The notes beneath the pieces are model-generated. The model did no database searches. It saw only the letters and a program-made list of their open reading frames with translations, and was not told the origin of the DNA. DNA of 63,969 nucleotides, filler included, from Licmophora abbreviata (lineage: Eukaryota): assembly GCA_900291995.1 (NCBI GenBank). It is 7 parts of 7 records of this genome, joined end to end, with 100 filler letters (N's around TTAATTAATTAA, not from the genome) between each part and the next. Parts side by side here need not be neighbours in the genome. Positions count along the whole stretch, not along the records: positions 58,497 to 61,417 come from OLMU01001379.1; positions 61,518 to 63,969 come from OLMU01001385.1; 5 more parts are not named here. One strand, written 5' to 3'. Position 1 is the stretch's first letter, and each line of letters starts with the position of its first letter. A program made the position numbers and the translations under genes. Shown here piece after piece: positions 58,607-63,969 of this stretch.

Positions 58607-61183
58607 ATGGCTTCTACGATGACTATGATTCGCGTCTTCACTGTCTCTCTCTTGCTGTTGTTCACTGCCGTCCCAGCTGACGCGAGGAACATGAATGGCA
58701 GGCCTGGACAGTACAAGATTGCGAACGGTGTTCCTTCTGACACGCCGTACTCTACAGATTACGACGACACTGCCGAATTCTTTGACGTTTACACGCCTCT
58801 CATTCAAACGCGATATTCCGAAGTCTTTTGGAAAACCATGGACATGGTGGATCTCCCGGAACAGATCATTGATCGTTTCAAGAATGACAAAATCATGGCG
58901 ATTACCGGATACGAAGTAGATCAGGTGCGAGTCGACAATGTGACGGGAGAAGAAATACCTGTGCCCATCACGTGGGCCTACAATCATCACTTTGGGGCTG
59001 CCTTGTGGAATTATGATAAAGTTCGAATGACCGTGTCAAAGGCGCTCCCGGAGGGAGCCAAGCACCCGCTGACCAGTCATCACGATCACTATCACATGGA
59101 ACTAATCGATACTGCTGAGGATACGACTCATGCCGACGAAGACATTGGCTATGCGACATTGTTTTCCGAGGCGAACGGAGGTGAATTTCGATTGTCATAT
59201 CATGGCTATCCGAAGGGATATGCTCAATTGATTCAGTCTCCAAACAGTTTTCAGGTTACCCCCATGCAGATTGACACATGGAATCGTGAGCTCATGGACT
59301 CACCCAAGTACGAAGCCGGCGGCCCACTCCCAAAGTCATCTCGGATTCCACCGGAAGCAGGGTATAGCGGCCTTTTAGAGTGCCCCTGCAGTGATCGGAG
59401 AGAAATCGAATGGGGTATGACCTATGCCGCTCAGTCGTCACATGTCGACAATGTGTGTACCGGCCCGGTTCCTGACGCCGACGATTGCTTTGCAGGAGCG
59501 CGTCATGCGATCGAGGCCGAGTCGTACGTGGAACGCCGTTTGACAGGCGACTCAAGACTGCCCACAGGCTGTAGTGTCGAACAACACGATGATGGGAGGG
59601 TAGATATTGTCTGGAATGCGGATGCTCCCGGGGATACGAACGAAGACGAACAAGAGCAGGTCCCCGGATGGATCTCGTTCCGTCAATCACAAGTCAACAT
59701 TACCGTCGCCCTATCGTCATCTTCAAACAGTCATGTTGAGGGAGAGGGCATTGCTACGATTACACTGGTAGGCCCAGCCGACAGGTGGTTTGGCGTTGGC
59801 TTTGGTACTAACAGCATGTGTGTCAAAATGGAAGCGGACGAATGTCCCGCTGGCGGCCCTTATGCCATCATTGTCAGCGGTGATATTGTCGTGGAACGCA
59901 AGCTAGGCTTTCATGGTCCCGGTGAAGTGATTGCTCCAAGCGTCACAGTCGTATCGAATGAAGTGGACGAAAGCAACCGTACGATCATCCTCTCAAGGCC
60001 TTGGGTCGGCGCAACTCCGGATCACTATACGTTTGACCCGGAATCGACTGCCACCGTGCCTATCATCACGGCGAGGGGATGCGCGCTTGAATTCGCCCAA
60101 CACTGTGGTCATGGACCTGCAGAACTAGAGTTCCTTGCCATGAACAAACCAACAAGCATTTGCCAAGCCGGCATAGAAGGTACCATTGCCGGTAATGCAT
60201 TTGTGGACAAGGGTCGTTGCTACGCTTTCCCGGGTGGCGACTTATTGTCGCAAGGCAACCCGACTTGCTCGGTTACGACGTATCAAGGTGGTCTTAGCTG
60301 TTGCATTCACGGGGAGTCTCTTCTTGATTCCGACCAAGATATCCCTTGGCCTGAAGAGCTTCTCGAGTATCGGCTGAAGGTGAGTGTGATTCTATTTGAC
60401 ACGCGTCTCAATCGCTATCGTGTGCTTCATCCTTCCGGTAAACTCACCCCATTCGCATGCCTGATTCTCTAGTTTCGATTCTATTTTGAAGAGTACACGT
60501 CTGCGACGGCAACCCAACCCGCGTCACACCAAAACATGATCCGCATCTACTGGCAGACTGAGGCATACGCGGGCGAGTACGACATTCCTCCGTGTCGCGA
60601 GGACGAGCAACAGTGCATCCATGTCATTACCGCGCGCTGGCAGGTCCATCAAATGCTACAAGACTGTCCAATCACGAAGGATGCTCTGTGGTGCTCGGGT
60701 GAGGGATCCACTGACGAAACCAAAACAGAAGGCATTGAACTTATTTACGCTGCCCCGCACTGCCATGCACCGACTTGCTTATCGATGGAACTATACAATG
60801 CCGACACAGGGCGATTACTGTGCTCAGTGGCTCCTGATCATGGCCAGAGCAATGACTTGTATGATGAGAGTCAGTTCCTCTCTATTCCTCCGTGCCTTTG
60901 GAGCCACGACCAAGAAGGCCTGGCGCCTCCCGAGCTGCTTACGCTCAACACGACGCTACTCGCCATCAAGCGCAACAACAACACGCTTCCCCATACTGGC
61001 GAGATGGCCAGCTGGCAGATGCGCGGCGTCATTGTTCCCAAGAAGAATGGCGAAGAGAAGATTGCCGCGATGAGCAAGAGCTTTGTGAATCCAACGAAAG
61101 AAGAGGCTGCTTCCGATGGTGCTTCCTATGCAGCCTCGGCCCAACGTGAACAAATCCAGAATCTCCGACACGGCGGACAGTAG
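58607..61183 (+). CDS. Secreted SURNod19/copper type II monooxygenase-like protein with an internal DOMON-like domain (intron 60380..60472)
   Basis: Signal peptide; MAITGYEVDQV..VPITWAYNHHF; C-terminal IYAAPHCH..GRLLC..HTGEMA; central GPADRWFGVGFGTNSM..VERKLG..RTIILSRP. The gene model is solid; the family call is by motif only. Confidence 0.7.
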
Positions 61184-61417
61184 CGCTTTGGACCTGACTT
61201 CACTGGCACCAACTCACTGCGCGCTTCGGCACTTAGGCTCTTAGTTACATAATCAATAGTGTAGTTTTACTACCAATGCATGTTCGTTAAGATAGAATGT
61301 ACCGGTACCTAGTCCATTAGGGAAGTTCAAAGTTCGACGTTGGCTGATGAAAGGAGTTCGCGCGCGAAATCAGGAAGGCCTGGCAAAAATAGACCGTCCG
61401 TCCGCCTCCCGCTCCTT

Positions 61418-61517
61418 NNNNNNNNNNNNNNNNNNNNNNNNNNNNNNNNNNNNNNNNNNNNTTAATTAATTAANNNNNNNNNNNNNNNNNNNNNNNNNNN
61501 NNNNNNNNNNNNNNNNN
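61418..61517. other. Artificial contig-joining linker
   Basis: N44-TTAATTAATTAA-N44. Confidence 0.98.
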
Positions 61518-62527
61518 TAAACGAGTCGCCAATAGCACAGAAGGCGGGGCGTCGTCAATCTCATCATCGTCGCTTTCCTGGGCACTGTTCTTACTACGGA
61601 ACGAGTGGACCGCAGCCTGAATTGCAGCCGTGCAGTCACAGCAGGAACCCATCGCCTCCGCGTGCGCTTCGCTACAAGTTTCCGTACAGAATAGGGCACT
61701 ACATTGTTTGCATTGCTGTCTTCCGTGGCGATCTCTGCAATGCCGACCGTTCTTGGGATCGTCGTCGCCTCCGTCTTCTTCGTATTCTGGGATGGGCCAA
61801 AGATGAGTCATTGGAAGCGATGGTCTATCCTGACTGCTGCTACAGGATGATACGGGTTCGAGAGAACGAAAACAGTGCTGACAAGCTCGCACGAGAAACA
61901 AAGATGATTTCCATGCAGGGAAAGCTCCATTGCCGCCATTGCCAGATGGAATTTGCGTTGCTGTTATGGCCCGTTCCGTGAAAATCACTTCTCCAGCTCG
62001 AATGGAGCGCGTTGCTACAAGACAATTGCCACGTTTATTGACTGATGACTGAAAAGAGGGAAAGGTTGATATTGGTGAGGCATTTGAGATCACACCGAGT
62101 CAAACAGGGAGCCTGAGTGTCGCTATCACACCGAGTCAAACAGGGAGCCTGAGTGTCGCTCCAAGACCGGCGCATCACGCACCAGGTTGACGACGCGGAC
62201 AGGTGGGCAAACAATTCCTCCATCACGCAGCACATGAAACGCATCGGAGAAAAGCCATGTGGAGTCAGAGTCGTCCCCAGGAAGCGCACCGAGCGATATA
62301 CGAATACCGGTGGAAGCAGAAGTTGCCGGTCGGCGCAATTCGTCGCGCAACGCAGAGTTGGATTGCTGGCCTCTCGCTAACACAGTCTCCGTTTCAGTCT
62401 CTTCCTCCTTCCACTCCACACCCGATACAGTGCTTATGGAGACGCCTCCTAAAAGCAGTCGAAAGCCTTCCTCGACTGAATCGACGTCCGAGTCTACACC
62501 ATCGTCGCGGTGCATCATCATCATCAT
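61518..62527 (-). CDS. SET and MYND-type (SMYD-like) protein, 3'-truncated by gap
   Basis: Phase-0 intron 62049..62182 gives PPVRVVNL|SSVNKRGNCLVATRSIRAGEVIFTE (SET N-terminal part), then CQHC..CKQC...FCTETC...H (MYND-like). Confidence 0.75.
62089..62160. repeat. Perfect 36-bp tandem duplication (atcacaccgagtcaaacagggagcctgagtgtcgct x2) in the SMYD-like intron
   Basis: Read directly. Confidence 0.9.
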
Positions 62528-62841
62528 GATTCATGACGGGGCCAACATTGTCGTCGTTGCATCACATCACATCGCCGCATGATACGCACATCGCGCACAT
62601 ATCAGAAGAACAAAAAAGTGAGGGCGAAAAATCCGTAGCGCTATTATTTCCCTAGGAACTAATAGAGCGTTTCATCGAGCTCGTACCTGGTTGGGTTTCC
62701 CCGGAAGGCAGTAAACCGCCCATCAATTGACTACAACACTACTACTATCAGCCAAACCTATAGAGTGTGATGGGACATCTGTGTCTATCTCTTACAGTGC
62801 AAAATCTAATATGGTCCTGTTGGACTCCTTTCATCCGCCGG

Positions 62842-63829
62842 TCACCTTGGACAATCTGAGTCGATTCGAACGCTGGTTGGCGATAACGACGGGCTTCTCT
62901 TGCACCCCTTACTCTTCTTCTTTCTCCTGGGCGACGACGGAGGTGGGAGTAAATACAATCGCCTTGCCAGGACGTTGTAGTCCAGGTAGTTATTGAGTCG
63001 TTGCATAAGTTCCTCCCAAAGCGCCGGTGAGTGATTGTTGTGAGTCATATCTTCAGCCCAAAAGGGTGTCGTTCGGTACTCCTCTGAGACAGCCGCATAC
63101 AGAGCGGTGCCATGTTCAAAGGGCACTACCTTGTCCAGTTTTCCATGGACGATAAAGACGGGACACCGCACATGCTGGATTCGGTCCACGTTCGGAAACT
63201 GGTCACCAACCATGGTAAAGCCAAAGTTCAAGACTACGCGGTAGACGGATGCAAAGGGCGAGTGCAAAATTAATCCAGCCACGCTCTCCCCCTCTCTGGC
63301 AGATCGCTTGGCGAGGTAGCACGATGGTCCGGACCCCAAAGAGCGTCCATAAAGTACAATCTGGTGTGGCAATATTCCCCGCTCGTCTCGCAAATATCGA
63401 TAACATGCGTGGATGTCCGCATACACGTTTTCCTCACTTGGGGTTCCTGAGAGGTCGAGACGGAAGTTAATATTGTCAGTCATGTCTGGCCTCAAAGAAG
63501 TAAGGCTCTCGCACATTCTCTTCACACACAGTAATTGGAATTTTAATACAACACTCACCTGTGCTTTCTCCGTAGCCAGAGTAGTCGTAGCCCAGAACAT
63601 TGACATTCAGCTCCCGCGACAAGCGCTTCATGCATGAGTACACCGATATAAGATCTTCCGCATTACCGTGACTGAATAGGATCGTCACATGAGCTCCTCG
63701 TCGTTTGATAAAGGTTGCGGCGATCTCTTCGTCTCGGGAAGTCGTGAGCCTCAAAACTCGAAGCGGAAAATCATACGGAATTCTTTGCGGCGGCTTGAAG
63801 AGCAAGTTATTCACTATTGAGTTCACCAT
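62842..63829 (-). CDS. ABHD17: ABHD17-like alpha/beta hydrolase (depalmitoylase family)
   Basis: ILFSHGNAEDL, GYDYSGYGESTG|TPSEENVYADI, YGRSLGSGP, IVHGKLDKVVPFEHG, catalytic His in THNN. Intron 63447..63558. Confidence 0.85.
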
Positions 63830-63969
63830 CGCTTCTGTCGTTTCTATCGTTTCTACGAGCGTGTTTCACAGGGGTGTGCAGTGTGGCAAGGATGATCTTT
63901 CAGCTCGAAATGCCCCCGACAAGAACCAGCCCTCTCCTTAGCAGCATCATTGCGTTAATGTGCATCGGG

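Noticed and set aside
62126..62128. In-frame TGA in the SET/MYND gene as selenocysteine or a disabling stop
   Set aside because: It falls inside a well-formed phase-0 GT-AG intron (62049..62182) whose removal restores the SET N-terminus.
62089..62160. 36-bp direct repeat as a CRISPR-like repeat
   Set aside because: Only two abutting copies with no spacer, inside a eukaryotic intron, and no cas genes.

Overview
Compact eukaryotic nuclear DNA, most likely from a diatom or related stramenopile alga. That is inferred from short GT-AG introns (mostly 75-230 bp), about 34 genes in 64 kb, and 'xAF(AP)' bipartite plastid presequences on FabI, chorismate synthase and a small basic protein. The window is seven contigs joined by six artificial 100-bp linkers (N44-TTAATTAATTAA-N44); VPS13 and WDR4 continue across linkers. 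Most genes are housekeeping (VPS13, AATF, TAP42, UBLCP1, FabI, aroC, PPIL1, WDR4, CK2-alpha, NOC3, Alba, ABHD17-like). Several single-base frameshifts in homopolymers look like sequencing errors. I recognised no rRNA, tRNA, transposon or CRISPR array, and no convincing multi-gene novel system. The best single-gene candidates are: a secreted SURNod19/copper-monooxygenase-like protein with an internal Met/His DOMON-like domain, a Nudix-HAD nucleotidase fusion, a PPR-TrmB fusion, a mucin-stalked triple-hevein surface protein, a divergent pair of a tail-anchored LOG and an intron-containing bacterial-type DUF885 zincin, a signal-peptide TPR-methyltransferase, and a 102-aa basic plastid protein missed by the ORF track. 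All family calls are by motif recognition only, and intron coordinates were read by eye.
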